Below are positions 26,099 through 34,780 of a DNA stretch of 36,057 bases, in pieces. Below the pieces are notes generated by a model. It saw only the letters and a list, made by a program, of their open reading frames with translations, was not told the DNA's origin and ran no database searches. The DNA is taken from positions 1 through 36,057 of IMG/VR virus record IMGVR_UViG_3300017651_000186. One strand, given 5' to 3'. The DNA is from a virus. Taxonomy: Duplodnaviria; Caudoviricetes. Each line of letters starts with the position of its first letter. Within the stretch, counting starts at the first letter, position 1. A program made the translations under genes and the position numbers.

Positions 26099-26301
26099 GG
26101 CTGCCTCGAAGGCGCCGCCTCGACGCGGATTCGCCGGCCGGTGGTCGGGCGGGTGGGAGCGGGGGAGGACGTCACCTCCGGTGGGCGGCGCCAGGTCGTC
26201 CGCGCCTCGAGCGCATCGAGCGCGCAGTCCGTCGAGCAGAACCGCCGCCCCTTCCCGGCGAGGAACGGCCCGCCGCAGGTCTGGCAGGGCGGGCCTCTCA
26301 T
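26095..26301 (-). CDS. Small Zn-finger (CxxC..FCSxxC) protein
   Basis: MRGPPCQTCGG..RRFCSTDC; ATGA overlaps. Confidence 0.55.
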   Translation of the reverse strand: MRGPPCQTCGGPFLAGKGRRFCSTDCALDALEARTTWRRPPEVTSSPAPTRPTTGRRIRVEAAPSRQP

Positions 26302-26480
26302 CGCTGGACCCTCGAGCGGAAGGCCTCGTCGATGCGGGCCAGGATCCACACCGCCACCCCGATGACCAGGAGCGCACCGAGCCTCTCTTGGCGGGCGAAA
26401 AGGAAGCCGACGACGACGCCCACACTGGTCACGCTCGCCGTCACCGCGAAAATCAGAACCACCCACCATGCCGCCTTCAT
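26298..26480 (-). CDS. Small 2-TM membrane protein
   Basis: Two hydrophobic helices; coupled to the downstream gene. Confidence 0.5.
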   Translation of the reverse strand: MKAAWWVVLIFAVTASVTSVGVVVGFLFARQERLGALLVIGVAVWILARIDEAFRSRVQR

Positions 26481-26581
26481 GCGAACCCCCAACGCCTGTC
26501 AGCGGCGGCTGGGTTCTTGCGTCTCTCGCTCTGGGTGATAGGCGTGAGGATGGCGCCTCTTCCGGCGCAGGAGGTCTCACG

Positions 26582-26923
26582 ATGAAGCTGGCAGACATTT
26601 GGGACGCGGTCGCCCGTCTCCCGAAGTGGCAGCACTGGTCGACGTACTGCATGCGCGCCCTGGCGCTCCTCACGGTGGTTGGTGCGGCATCTGCAGGTTT
26701 GACTCAGACGGACACTTGGGGTCGCATTGATCCCCGCTGGGTAATGGCGGGGGCCGGTGTGGGCATGGTGGCGGCAATCCCAATCTGGGTAGGCGCCATG
26801 GTGACGGACGTTCTGCTGTACCTCGCCCGCCTCCAGACGCACGCCTACCTCGCGGACCATCCGGATGAACTCGAAGCCCTCCGACAAGAGGCGCGCCTGA
26901 GGGGATCGATCGCGCAGATCTAA
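26582..26923 (+). CDS. 2-TM membrane protein (moron paralogue A)
   Basis: AGGAGG RBS, MKLADIWD..., two TM helices. Confidence 0.7.
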   Translation: MKLADIWDAVARLPKWQHWSTYCMRALALLTVVGAASAGLTQTDTWGRIDPRWVMAGAGVGMVAAIPIWVGAMVTDVLLYLARLQTHAYLADHPDELEALRQEARLRGSIAQI

Positions 26924-26956
26924 TTGGTGGCCGAGAACGGCCCAGGAGGTATCAAC

Positions 26957-27310
26957 ATGGACTGGAACAATCGATGGGACGCCCAGCGAGACTTGCCGCT
27001 CCCGCAGCACTGGTTCACGGGTGCCGTGCGCGCCCTCGCGATCATTACCGCGGTAGGCGGGGGCATCGGCTCGATCGTGGAGCAGAACATTCTCCCGGTG
27101 GCCATCGGGGTCGGGACGTTCATCTCCTGCTGGGCGACGGCGCTCGTGGTGGATGGAGTGCTCGTCCAGTCGCGCATACAGGCCGCCTGGTTCGCGCGGT
27201 ACGCCGCCGAGATCGATCGCCTCGAGCGCCGCCACCGCGAGCAGGACGAGCGCGAGAAGCAGCCCGACGTCCTCGACGAGGCCATGGCCGAGATCCAGGA
27301 GGCTCGCTGA
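26957..27310 (+). CDS. 2-TM membrane protein (moron paralogue B)
   Basis: AGGAGG RBS, MDWNNRWD..., two TM helices and coiled-coil tail. Confidence 0.7.
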   Translation: MDWNNRWDAQRDLPLPQHWFTGAVRALAIITAVGGGIGSIVEQNILPVAIGVGTFISCWATALVVDGVLVQSRIQAAWFARYAAEIDRLERRHREQDEREKQPDVLDEAMAEIQEAR

Positions 27311-27330
27311 TCGCATCATCGGGCGGCCTG

Positions 27331-27609
27331 TCATGGCTCGCTGCCCGATGGCGGCCGATGTGGCGCCTTGTGAATACGCCGGGTGCTTGCTCGTCTTGCC
27401 CCCCGCGATGAGAGGGACGGGTACAGGTCACCGGGAGCTACACCCATCGCTGCGGCGATTTTCTCGAGGGTGGGGAGGGTCGGCGGGGTGCCGCCCTCGA
27501 TCCTGTAGATCGTCGGTCGGCTGACTCTGGCCCGTCGAGAGAGCTCGACGATCGACCATCCGAGGGCACTCCTCTTGGTTCGGACCGCATTCCCGATTGC
27601 TTCGCTCAT
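27331..27609 (-). CDS. Cro-like XRE HTH regulator
   Basis: 'LGWSIVELSRRARVSRPTIYRIEGG..PTLPTLEKIAAAMGV'; divergent from the second HTH. Confidence 0.8.
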   Translation of the reverse strand: MSEAIGNAVRTKRSALGWSIVELSRRARVSRPTIYRIEGGTPPTLPTLEKIAAAMGVAPGDLYPSLSSRGARRASTRRIHKAPHRPPSGSEP

Positions 27610-27620
27610 GCGTATGTTGT

Positions 27621-27636
27621 GTCACGTCGGCATTAC
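27621..27636. promoter_or_regulatory. Putative operator GTCACG-N4-CATTAC
   Basis: Matches the palindrome family at 28380 and 28416; lies just downstream of a minus-strand TTGACG (27640-27645). Confidence 0.6.
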
Positions 27637-27717
27637 GTCCGTCAAGCCGAAGCGGACCCGTCGCTGAGGAGGTCTCCTGTCATGCCGAGATTGCAGATAG
27701 GTCGGTACGGTTCCCGG

Positions 27718-28137
27718 ATGGCGAAAGACCAGCGCACGCTCGCGGCCCTCCTGACGGAGTTCCGGCGGGCGGCAGGCCTCTCGAAAGTCGAGCTCGCGCG
27801 CCGCGCAGGGACCACCCGGCAGACGATCCACGAGATCGAAACAGGAGCAAGGCTCACCCCGGGCGTCGACACACTGAAGGCGCTCGCTCGGGCATGCGGC
27901 CGAGACCCGATGGCGCTGATTGAGCGGACGGTTGTTCCGGCCCGGTTCGAGGATGCGCTCGCAGGGATCGAGGAGGCGGCGAAGCGGCGGGGGATCCACG
28001 CCCCCACCAAGGACGAGATCGCCCTCCTCAAGTCGCTGCCGCCGGCGCTTTGGAACAAGATCCCCCCCGACGCGGACGTACTCCTAGATCAGGTGGAGAT
28101 CGAGCGTCGGCGGAAGCTGCGCCAGAGCGGAAGTTAG
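27718..28137 (+). CDS. CI-like XRE HTH immunity repressor
   Basis: 'AAGLSKVELARRAGTTRQTIHEIETG..PGVDTLKALA'; alternative start ATG 27682; no S24 peptidase domain. Confidence 0.75.
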   Translation: MAKDQRTLAALLTEFRRAAGLSKVELARRAGTTRQTIHEIETGARLTPGVDTLKALARACGRDPMALIERTVVPARFEDALAGIEEAAKRRGIHAPTKDEIALLKSLPPALWNKIPPDADVLLDQVEIERRRKLRQSGS

Positions 28138-28191
28138 CCGGCTGACACTTCCCACGTACCCTCGACTGTCACCTTATGTCGAGGAGTCGCA

Positions 28192-28419
28192 ATGCAGCCG
28201 ATCGTCTTCGAGTCGCGGCGCCTGCCGCGCCATGTGACCGTCCACCTGCGCGCCGACTGGCCCCCCGATGCGTTCATTTGCTGGGGGGACAGCGTCTGGA
28301 TCGGGGCCTCGTCGAGCCGCGGAAAGAACCTGCTTCGGGCGCGCCTGGCCCTCCGGGCCTGCGGTCGCTCCGCTCGGGTGTCACGACGACGTGACGCAAA
28401 GCTCTTGACCGACGAGTAA
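28192..28419 (+). CDS. Hypothetical protein downstream of repressor
   Basis: GAGGAG RBS, 75 aa. Confidence 0.45.
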   Translation: MQPIVFESRRLPRHVTVHLRADWPPDAFICWGDSVWIGASSSRGKNLLRARLALRACGRSARVSRRRDAKLLTDE

Positions 28420-28434
28420 CGGCGCCGTTACAGT
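28380..28434 (+). promoter_or_regulatory. Early-right promoter with two palindromic operators
   Basis: GTCACG-acga-CGTGAC (28380-95); TTGACC-N18-TACAGT; GTAACG-gcgc-CGTTAC (28416-31) over the spacer and -10. Confidence 0.7.
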
Positions 28435-28476
28435 TCCTCTCGTGCCCCACTCCTGGGGTGCGGGAGGTCACCCGCC

Positions 28477-28671
28477 GTGAAGCACTCCGATCCGCAGGTA
28501 GTTCAGCTCCGCAACGCCGTAGCGACGCTCGCGCAGGATCTGCGCAACATCCGCCTCGGCCGCGTCATCCCCCTCAGCATCGAGATCACCACCCACCTCG
28601 AGTTCGCCGAGGAACTCCTCGCCGAAGTCGACGGGCGCGACGACGTCGGGCGGATCGGGGGTGCGGCTTGA
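28477..28671 (+). CDS. Hypothetical protein
   Basis: GGAGG RBS, GTG start, first gene after the promoter. Confidence 0.55.
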   Translation: MKHSDPQVVQLRNAVATLAQDLRNIRLGRVIPLSIEITTHLEFAEELLAEVDGRDDVGRIGGAA

Positions 28672-29321
28672 GCTGGCGCACCGAACAGCAGCGCGGCGAC
28701 GTCGCCCGCACGCTCCTCCGATCCCTCCACCGCGAGGACCTCTGGACCGAAGACGGTCCGACCGCGAAGGCCGTCGAGCTCCTGGAGGCCGACGGCGGTC
28801 CCATGTCGAGCGGGGAGCGGGTGATGCTCCTGGCGGCGTTCGACGTGTGGAACGGGCAGGGCCACGCCCGGCTCGACGAGGTCATGTACTCGCTCGATCC
28901 CGAGCGGCTGCGCCTCGTCGCCTCGCTCCTCCTCGCACTCGCCGAGGGCGGGGCCGCCATCGATCGGTGGCTCGAGTTCCAGGGAACGATCCCGCACCCC
29001 TGGTTCGGCTGGCTCACCGAGTACCCCGACGAAGGCCGGCTGCCCCTGGAAGCCGTCGACCGCGCCGATGCCCAGCGCCAGACGCGGACCATTCTCGCCG
29101 GGGACGATCCAGAGACCGAGATCTCCGTCCGGCGCGTGACCGCGAAGGACATCGACGAACTCGACGACGCCGGCGAGCTGGCGGCCGCGACCAACGCCTC
29201 GTTGACGGTGGCGCTGGAGGCAGCGCGGGATTGGTTCGTCTCGGTCGGCGCCGATGGCGCGCCGCTGCGGCAGGTCGAAGACGCGCTGGCAAGGGCGAAG
29301 GCGAAGGGCGGTGCCTCGTGA
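28668..29321 (+). CDS. Hypothetical protein
   Basis: TTG start overlapping the prior TGA; 'MSSGERVMLLAAFDVWNG'. Confidence 0.6.
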   Translation: MSWRTEQQRGDVARTLLRSLHREDLWTEDGPTAKAVELLEADGGPMSSGERVMLLAAFDVWNGQGHARLDEVMYSLDPERLRLVASLLLALAEGGAAIDRWLEFQGTIPHPWFGWLTEYPDEGRLPLEAVDRADAQRQTRTILAGDDPETEISVRRVTAKDIDELDDAGELAAATNASLTVALEAARDWFVSVGADGAPLRQVEDALARAKAKGGAS

Positions 29322-29500
29322 TCGCGGCGCTTCGACGATTTGTCCAGGACGAGATCCGGTGTCTGCGCCACGCCATCTACCGGGTCCAGCATCGCCTCGG
29401 GTGCGAGCGCTGCTCGAGCGGGCTCTACGTCCACACTCCGCTCACCGGCGACCCCGCCCACCACCTACGGATCCTCCGGCCGTGGAAGGACCGCCGATGA
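29318..29500 (+). CDS. Hypothetical small protein
   Basis: GTGA/ATGA overlaps on both sides; CERC. Confidence 0.45.
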   Translation: MIAALRRFVQDEIRCLRHAIYRVQHRLGCERCSSGLYVHTPLTGDPAHHLRILRPWKDRR

Positions 29501-30054
29501 CCGCCGAGCCCCTCACCCTCGACGACGCCGGCGTGGTCCGCACGGTGGACGGCGTGACGGTGGCCGTCCTCGAGCCCGAGCTCGAGGTTCGCCTGGTCGC
29601 CGCCATCCTCGCCTCACCCCGGCTCGCCCGGGCGCTCGAGCTGCGGGCGCGGGCGCACGCGTCGACGACCCAGGCCGACCAGGCCTCCCCCGAGGCCATG
29701 AAGGCCCTGCGCGAGCAGGCTGCCGGGGACCGCGGCGCGGCGGACGGAGCTGAACACCTCGCCGGCGAAGCCATGCGCGCTGGCGTCGACGCCGTGGCCC
29801 GCGTCGGCGGCCTGCCGGCGGACGGGTGCACGTGCCGCGGCGAGTGCGGCGAAGAGCACCTCGGCGGCGTCTGCGCGCTGCCCTGGGGCGCCCGGGCCTA
29901 CCGGCGCCTCGACGCTCCGGGGATCTGGACCCAGCTCCCGCCGTCGAACGGCAAGGCCCGGGCGGTCGTCGGCGTGGTCCGGTGGACGAAGGCCGGGCCC
30001 CGGTGCCAGCGCTGCGCCTGGCTAGCCGCGCGGCGGGAAGGGGTGAGGTCATGA
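29497..30054 (+). CDS. Hypothetical with CxCxGECG..H..C and CxxC
   Basis: Coupled gene; 'CTCRGECGEEHLGGVC...CQRC'. Confidence 0.55.
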   Translation: MTAEPLTLDDAGVVRTVDGVTVAVLEPELEVRLVAAILASPRLARALELRARAHASTTQADQASPEAMKALREQAAGDRGAADGAEHLAGEAMRAGVDAVARVGGLPADGCTCRGECGEEHLGGVCALPWGARAYRRLDAPGIWTQLPPSNGKARAVVGVVRWTKAGPRCQRCAWLAARREGVRS

Positions 30055-30356
30055 ACTCGCCCGAGCTCGACGCCCTCCAGCGGGAGACGAACCAGGCCGT
30101 CCTCGCTTCCGGGGCCACGCCCGACCGCATGCGGATCGTCGCCCAGGCGTTCACGAACGAGCGCCGCCACCTGCATGCACTGATCGCAGAGCAGAAGCGG
30201 GCCCTCGACCTCGCCGGGCGGATGCGGGTCTGCCAGCGCCGCTACTTCGACACCCGGATGAAGACCGTCCTCGAGGAGAGCAAGCGCCTCGAGCGCGAGT
30301 TCGACGCCCTCTTCGACCCGGCGCCCATGCTGCCCGGCCTCGGGGCCCGCCGATGA
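30051..30356 (+). CDS. Hypothetical protein
   Basis: ATGA overlaps; 'MRVCQRRYF..LEESKRLEREFD'. Confidence 0.55.
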   Translation: MNSPELDALQRETNQAVLASGATPDRMRIVAQAFTNERRHLHALIAEQKRALDLAGRMRVCQRRYFDTRMKTVLEESKRLEREFDALFDPAPMLPGLGARR

Positions 30357-30673
30357 ACCCCACAGTCAAGACCGCCGTCATGGCGATCCCCGACGAAGCG
30401 CTTCCGGCGCTCGTCCTCCTGGGCCTTCTTCGGATCGCCGCGGCCACGGAGGACGAGACGAATCTGCCGGCCGCGCATGGCGCGTTCGTCACCCTCCTCG
30501 AGGACGCCCTTCGGCGCGACGCCTCCGAGGACCAGGCGCTCGCGGTCGGCGTGCTGCTCGGCCTCATCACCGGCGGCGCCACCCACCTCATGACGAACAC
30601 GGGTTCGAACCCGCTCGAGATCTACCGCGGCGTGCTCGCGAAGAAGGCCGCGGCCGCACGCCTTCGCAACTGA
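30353..30673 (+). CDS. Hypothetical protein
   Basis: ATGA overlap, 106 aa. Confidence 0.5.
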   Translation: MNPTVKTAVMAIPDEALPALVLLGLLRIAAATEDETNLPAAHGAFVTLLEDALRRDASEDQALAVGVLLGLITGGATHLMTNTGSNPLEIYRGVLAKKAAAARLRN

Positions 30674-30769
30674 CTTTCGGCCGCCCATCTGCGCCTCGGG
30701 GATGGTCCTCGAGCAGCGGGGCTCTTGGGAGAGACGGGCGGCCACCCTTTCCGAATGCAGGAGGTCAAC

Positions 30770-32368
30770 ATGGCCGAGACGATTGCAGAGCTGTCGATCG
30801 CAGAGATCCACGAATCGCCCACCAACCCGCGCCGGGACTTCGGCGACCTCACCGAGCTCGCGGAGTCGATCCGGGAGGCGGGGGTCCTGCAGCCGGTCCT
30901 CGTCCGGCCGCGGACGGCGGGCGGGTACGAGCTGGTCTACGGGCACCGCCGCTGCATGGCCTCGCGCCAGGCGGGCCTCGAGACGATCCCCGCCATGGTG
31001 CGGGAGCTGGACGATCAGCAGGTCCTCGAGGCGCAGCTTGTCGAGAACTCCCAGCGCCACGACGTGTGCGCGGTGGACGAGGGCGACGCGATCGCCGAGC
31101 TCCACCGCCGGTTCGGCGTCCCCACCCACGAGATCGCCGCCCGCCTCGGGCGCTCGAAGGCCTTCGTCCTGCAGCGGCTGAAGGTGGCCGGGCTGGTGGA
31201 GGACGCGAAGGTCGCCGTACGGAACGGGAAGATGCACGTCGCCGTTGCGCTGATGCTCGCCCGCCTCCCCGAGGATCAGCAGCGCGAGGCCCTCGACGAC
31301 CTGGTCGACGACGACTTCGAACCAGCCAGCATCGCGTCTGCCCGGGCGCTGCTCGAGCGGAACTACATGCTCCGCCTCGACGACTCCGCCGGCTTCGATC
31401 CGGGGGACGCGGACCTGGTCCGCGACGCCGGCGCTTGCACCGTCTGCCCGAAGCGCTCCGGGACGCAGCTCGAGCTGCTCGGGTCGCTCTCTTCCCCGGA
31501 CCTCTGCACCGACGCCGCCTGCTTCAACGCGAAGAAGGAGGCGGGCTGGCAGAAGCGGGCCGCGGAGCACCGGGCAAAGGGGCTCCGGGTCCTGTCGGAT
31601 GAGGAGGGGAAGAACCTCTTCCGGTACGGCAGCCATCCGTCGTTCGGCGAGTTTCGCGACGCCGGCCTGGTGCCGCTCGACGTCGCGGTTTGGAGTCCGG
31701 AGGACGGGCGCTCGGTCACGGCGCGCGAGCGCCTCGGACCAGACGTCACCGTGGTTCTGGCCCGCGACGCGAACGGCCGCGTTCACGAGCTCGCCGAGCG
31801 CCCGAAGGAGAAGGCCTCGCCGGCGAAGACGAAGGCAGACCGACTGCGGGAGCGCGAACTGGAGAAGCAGCGGTTCGAGCGCGAGATCCGCGACGCGACG
31901 GACCAGGCTGTTTCGCGGGTGATCCTCGACCACCTGGTCGCAGACAAGGACGACGCAAGGGTGTGGCGGTTGGTCGCGGCACTCGCCGTCGACTGCGCCG
32001 CCTCACGAGAAGGCGACGCCCTCGAGCGGGTGGCGCTGGCGATGGGCGTCGTCACGGACGCCGAGCTCGAGCCGCTCGAACGCTGGGACGAGCAGCCCGA
32101 ATTCGCGGCCAAGCGCCTGCACGAGGAGCTCGGGCGGATGAACCCAGGGGACCACCGAGAGGTGATCGCCGGCATCTTCCTTCACTCCCTCGGGGAATCG
32201 CTGCCGGATAGCGGGGGCACCTGGCCCTCGATCGTCTCCGCGGTCCACGCCTACGGGATCGACGTCGAGGCGATCGAGGACCAGGAGCGGCAGCGCCTGA
32301 CGCCCACGCCGACGAAGGCCAAGGCCAAGGCCTCGAAGAAGAAGGGGACGGTGGCCGCCGATGCGTGA
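30770..32368 (+). CDS. ParB/RepB/Spo0J-family protein with Cys4 insert
   Basis: 'NPRR..LAESI..GVLQPVLVRP..YELVYGHRR..EN.QR', HTH, 'CTVCP..CTDAAC'; AGGAGG RBS. Confidence 0.85.
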   Translation: MAETIAELSIAEIHESPTNPRRDFGDLTELAESIREAGVLQPVLVRPRTAGGYELVYGHRRCMASRQAGLETIPAMVRELDDQQVLEAQLVENSQRHDVCAVDEGDAIAELHRRFGVPTHEIAARLGRSKAFVLQRLKVAGLVEDAKVAVRNGKMHVAVALMLARLPEDQQREALDDLVDDDFEPASIASARALLERNYMLRLDDSAGFDPGDADLVRDAGACTVCPKRSGTQLELLGSLSSPDLCTDAACFNAKKEAGWQKRAAEHRAKGLRVLSDEEGKNLFRYGSHPSFGEFRDAGLVPLDVAVWSPEDGRSVTARERLGPDVTVVLARDANGRVHELAERPKEKASPAKTKADRLRERELEKQRFEREIRDATDQAVSRVILDHLVADKDDARVWRLVAALAVDCAASREGDALERVALAMGVVTDAELEPLERWDEQPEFAAKRLHEELGRMNPGDHREVIAGIFLHSLGESLPDSGGTWPSIVSAVHAYGIDVEAIEDQERQRLTPTPTKAKAKASKKKGTVAADA

Positions 32369-33353
32369 CCTCGATCCCGCCGCCCTCGTCCGGGAGATCG
32401 GCGCCCGAGTTGAGGCCCGCGACACTACCGAGGAGCGGGTCCGGAGCCTCTACTCTCAGGACAACCGCCGGGCGATGGCGCCGGCCGAGTTGCAGGCGCA
32501 CCTCGCCACCGTGCGCGAGGCCCAGACTGCACGGCAGGCCGCGGCTGTCGCCCTCGAGGAAGCCCTCGTCGCCGCTCGCCAGATCGCCGCCGCGCCGCCG
32601 CCCTCCGACGACGAGCTCGCCCAGGCCGCCGACGACGCGACAAAGGCGCGCCTCCTCCGGGGCCTGCTCGAGCGCACCCGCGCCGAGCCGGACGCCGCCC
32701 TCACCCGCGCCCGCGCCCGCGAGGCGGAGCGGGAGAGGGAAAAGGTACGCGGCGAGCGCGATCAGTTCGCCAGCGCGCTGGTGCGCCTCGTCAATGCGCA
32801 CGACTTCGTGGTCGGACGAACTGGCCGCCTGCCACACGTGGCCCCTGAACTGGCCCGCGCCCGCGACCTGCTGAACTCCGTCGAGTGGGAGCAAGACACC
32901 GCCGCCCTCTCTCCCGCGGAGGGGGAGGTGACGGAGGATCCGCGCGACGCGGAGATCGCCCGCCTGCGGGACCTGGTGCGTAGCTTCACCGGTGAGATCG
33001 CCGAGGGGTGCGACGGGGAATTCAGCGAAGATCAGATGGCTCTGATCGGCATCGGGATCTCGCTCGGTCGGCAGGCCGAACCGGACCACCCTTGCCAGCG
33101 CTGCGGAGGCTCCGGCTGGTGGTGGCAGGACACGCCGGGAGGCGAGTTCGACACGATGCTGCGCAAGTGCGACCACCAGCCGTTCGACCACCACGCGGAG
33201 CCGGTCGACGGCGTGTGCTGCTCCTGCGGATGGGCCAGCGACGAGGAGACCGAGTGCGGCGATCGCGAGGACCGCACGCACTGCGTCCACTGGTGGGAGG
33301 GGCACGACGACGCCGAGCCTACCCCCGCCCCCGAGAAAGCGAGCGAGGCGTGA
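32361..33353 (+). CDS. Hypothetical: coiled coil plus Cys/His-rich C-terminus
   Basis: CQRCGGSG, CCSCG, HCVHW. Confidence 0.55.
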   Translation: MRDLDPAALVREIGARVEARDTTEERVRSLYSQDNRRAMAPAELQAHLATVREAQTARQAAAVALEEALVAARQIAAAPPPSDDELAQAADDATKARLLRGLLERTRAEPDAALTRARAREAEREREKVRGERDQFASALVRLVNAHDFVVGRTGRLPHVAPELARARDLLNSVEWEQDTAALSPAEGEVTEDPRDAEIARLRDLVRSFTGEIAEGCDGEFSEDQMALIGIGISLGRQAEPDHPCQRCGGSGWWWQDTPGGEFDTMLRKCDHQPFDHHAEPVDGVCCSCGWASDEETECGDREDRTHCVHWWEGHDDAEPTPAPEKASEA

Positions 33354-33724
33354 GCGCGCTCGCAGGGGCACCCGTTCCCATCATTCTCCCGCCGGGCTGG
33401 CGCTGCGCCGAGCGGCGCATCGATGGCGCCAAGTGGATCTTCGGCGAGGGGCAGGGCCTTCGCCATGTCCTCTCGGTGATCACATCGCTGGAGGCCCACG
33501 ACGGCGAGACCTGGCTCCACGTCTCGCTTGCCCGCCCGAACCGGATGCCGACCTACGAGGACATGGCCCTCGTGAAGCGGCTCTTCATCGGCTCCGACAA
33601 GCTCGCGGTGCAGCTCTTCGTCGCCGCGAAGGACCACGTCAACATCCACCCCTACTGCCTGCACCTCTGGCACTCGCCCTCTCTGCGGCTGCCGGACTTC
33701 ACCCGAGGGAGCGGGCTGCTATGA
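33350..33724 (+). CDS. Conserved phage protein ('W.HVS..P..V.IHPYCLHLW' family)
   Basis: GTG at GTGA overlap; recognisable motif. Confidence 0.7.
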   Translation: MSALAGAPVPIILPPGWRCAERRIDGAKWIFGEGQGLRHVLSVITSLEAHDGETWLHVSLARPNRMPTYEDMALVKRLFIGSDKLAVQLFVAAKDHVNIHPYCLHLWHSPSLRLPDFTRGSGLL

Positions 33725-34439
33725 CCGCGGTGAAAGAGCGTCCGATCATGTTCAGCGCCCCCATGGTCCGCGCCATCCTCGCCGGCCGCAAGAGCAGACG
33801 CGGCGGGTGGTCCCGATCGGCTGGCGAGGTCGTCGCGCCGGGATCGAGTTCGTCGGTGGGCAGGGCATGAAAGACGACCCCGAGGCATGGGACTACGCCG
33901 ACGAGTACGGGGACTACTACACCATCGCGCACGACGATCCCCGCTACCGCATCCCGTGTCCCTTCGGCTCGGCCGGCGATCGGCTGTGGGTGCGGGAGAC
34001 GTGGCGACCGAGCATCGCTCACGGCTGCGCATTCGACGCGTGCGACTGCGCAGACGTGGTGGTGCGGTACGAAGCGGACGGCGAGGAGCGCTACTTCGAG
34101 GAGAGCGGGATCGCCGAGGAGTGGCTCATGCCGAAGGCGGCGAAGCGCGGCAACGTCCCGGGCATCCACATGCCGCGGTGGGCGTCGCGCCTCACGCTAG
34201 AGATCTCCGACGTCCGCGTGCAGCGGCTGCGGGAAATCACCGTCGAGGACATCCGCGCCGAGGGACTCTCCGAGTTGCCGCTCCAGGGGGGCGAAGCGGG
34301 CGCTTGGTGGGGGGCGGCAGGCAAGAGTTGGCGCGGCCCTCGGCGAGCGTTCGAGGCGCTCTGGGAATCCGTCAACGGCGCCGGCTCGTGGGACGCGAAC
34401 CCCTGGGTGTGGGCCATCACCATTCGGAGGATCGGATGA
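33721..34439 (+). pseudogene. ASCH/PUA-like phage protein split by a 1-nt frameshift
   Basis: 'ERPIMFSAPMVRAILAGRKS' continues as 'TRRVV..CPFG..GDRLWVRETW..IHMPRWASRLTLEI..NPWVW' in another frame. Confidence 0.75.
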
Positions 34440-34780
34440 CCCCGATGACGCTGATCCAGGTCTCGCCCGAGCAGCTCGAGGAGATCGTGAACCGCGCCGT
34501 CGAGCGGGCGCTGGCGGGGGCGGGGCAGGGCGGGCCGGCCGAGAAGGACATCCTCACCGTGGCCGAGGCCGGCGAGATCGCGAACCGATCCCCCGAGACC
34601 ATCCGCGACTGGATCGCTTCGGGGCGGCTGCGGGCGCTTCCGCGTTCGGGTCGGCAGCAATACCGGATCCGGCGTGAGGACCTGGAGGCCGCCCTGGTCT
34701 CGCCGACCCCCAATCTTGACGCCGAGGCCTGGGCCGATGGAGTGATCGCCCTGGATCAGCGACGCGCGAAAGGTGGGTGA
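34436..34780 (+). CDS. xis: Excisionase-like HTH protein
   Basis: 'LTVAEAGEIANRSPETIRDWIASGRLRA..YRIRREDL'; immediately upstream of int. Confidence 0.75.
   Translation: MTPMTLIQVSPEQLEEIVNRAVERALAGAGQGGPAEKDILTVAEAGEIANRSPETIRDWIASGRLRALPRSGRQQYRIRREDLEAALVSPTPNLDAEAWADGVIALDQRRAKGG

Noticed and set aside
26518-26545. Promoter for the 2-TM pair (TTGCGT-N16-TAGGCG)
   Set aside because: The -10 match is too weak to call
29820-30020. HNH endonuclease suggested by the CxCxGECG motif
   Set aside because: The catalytic H-N-H residues are not evident
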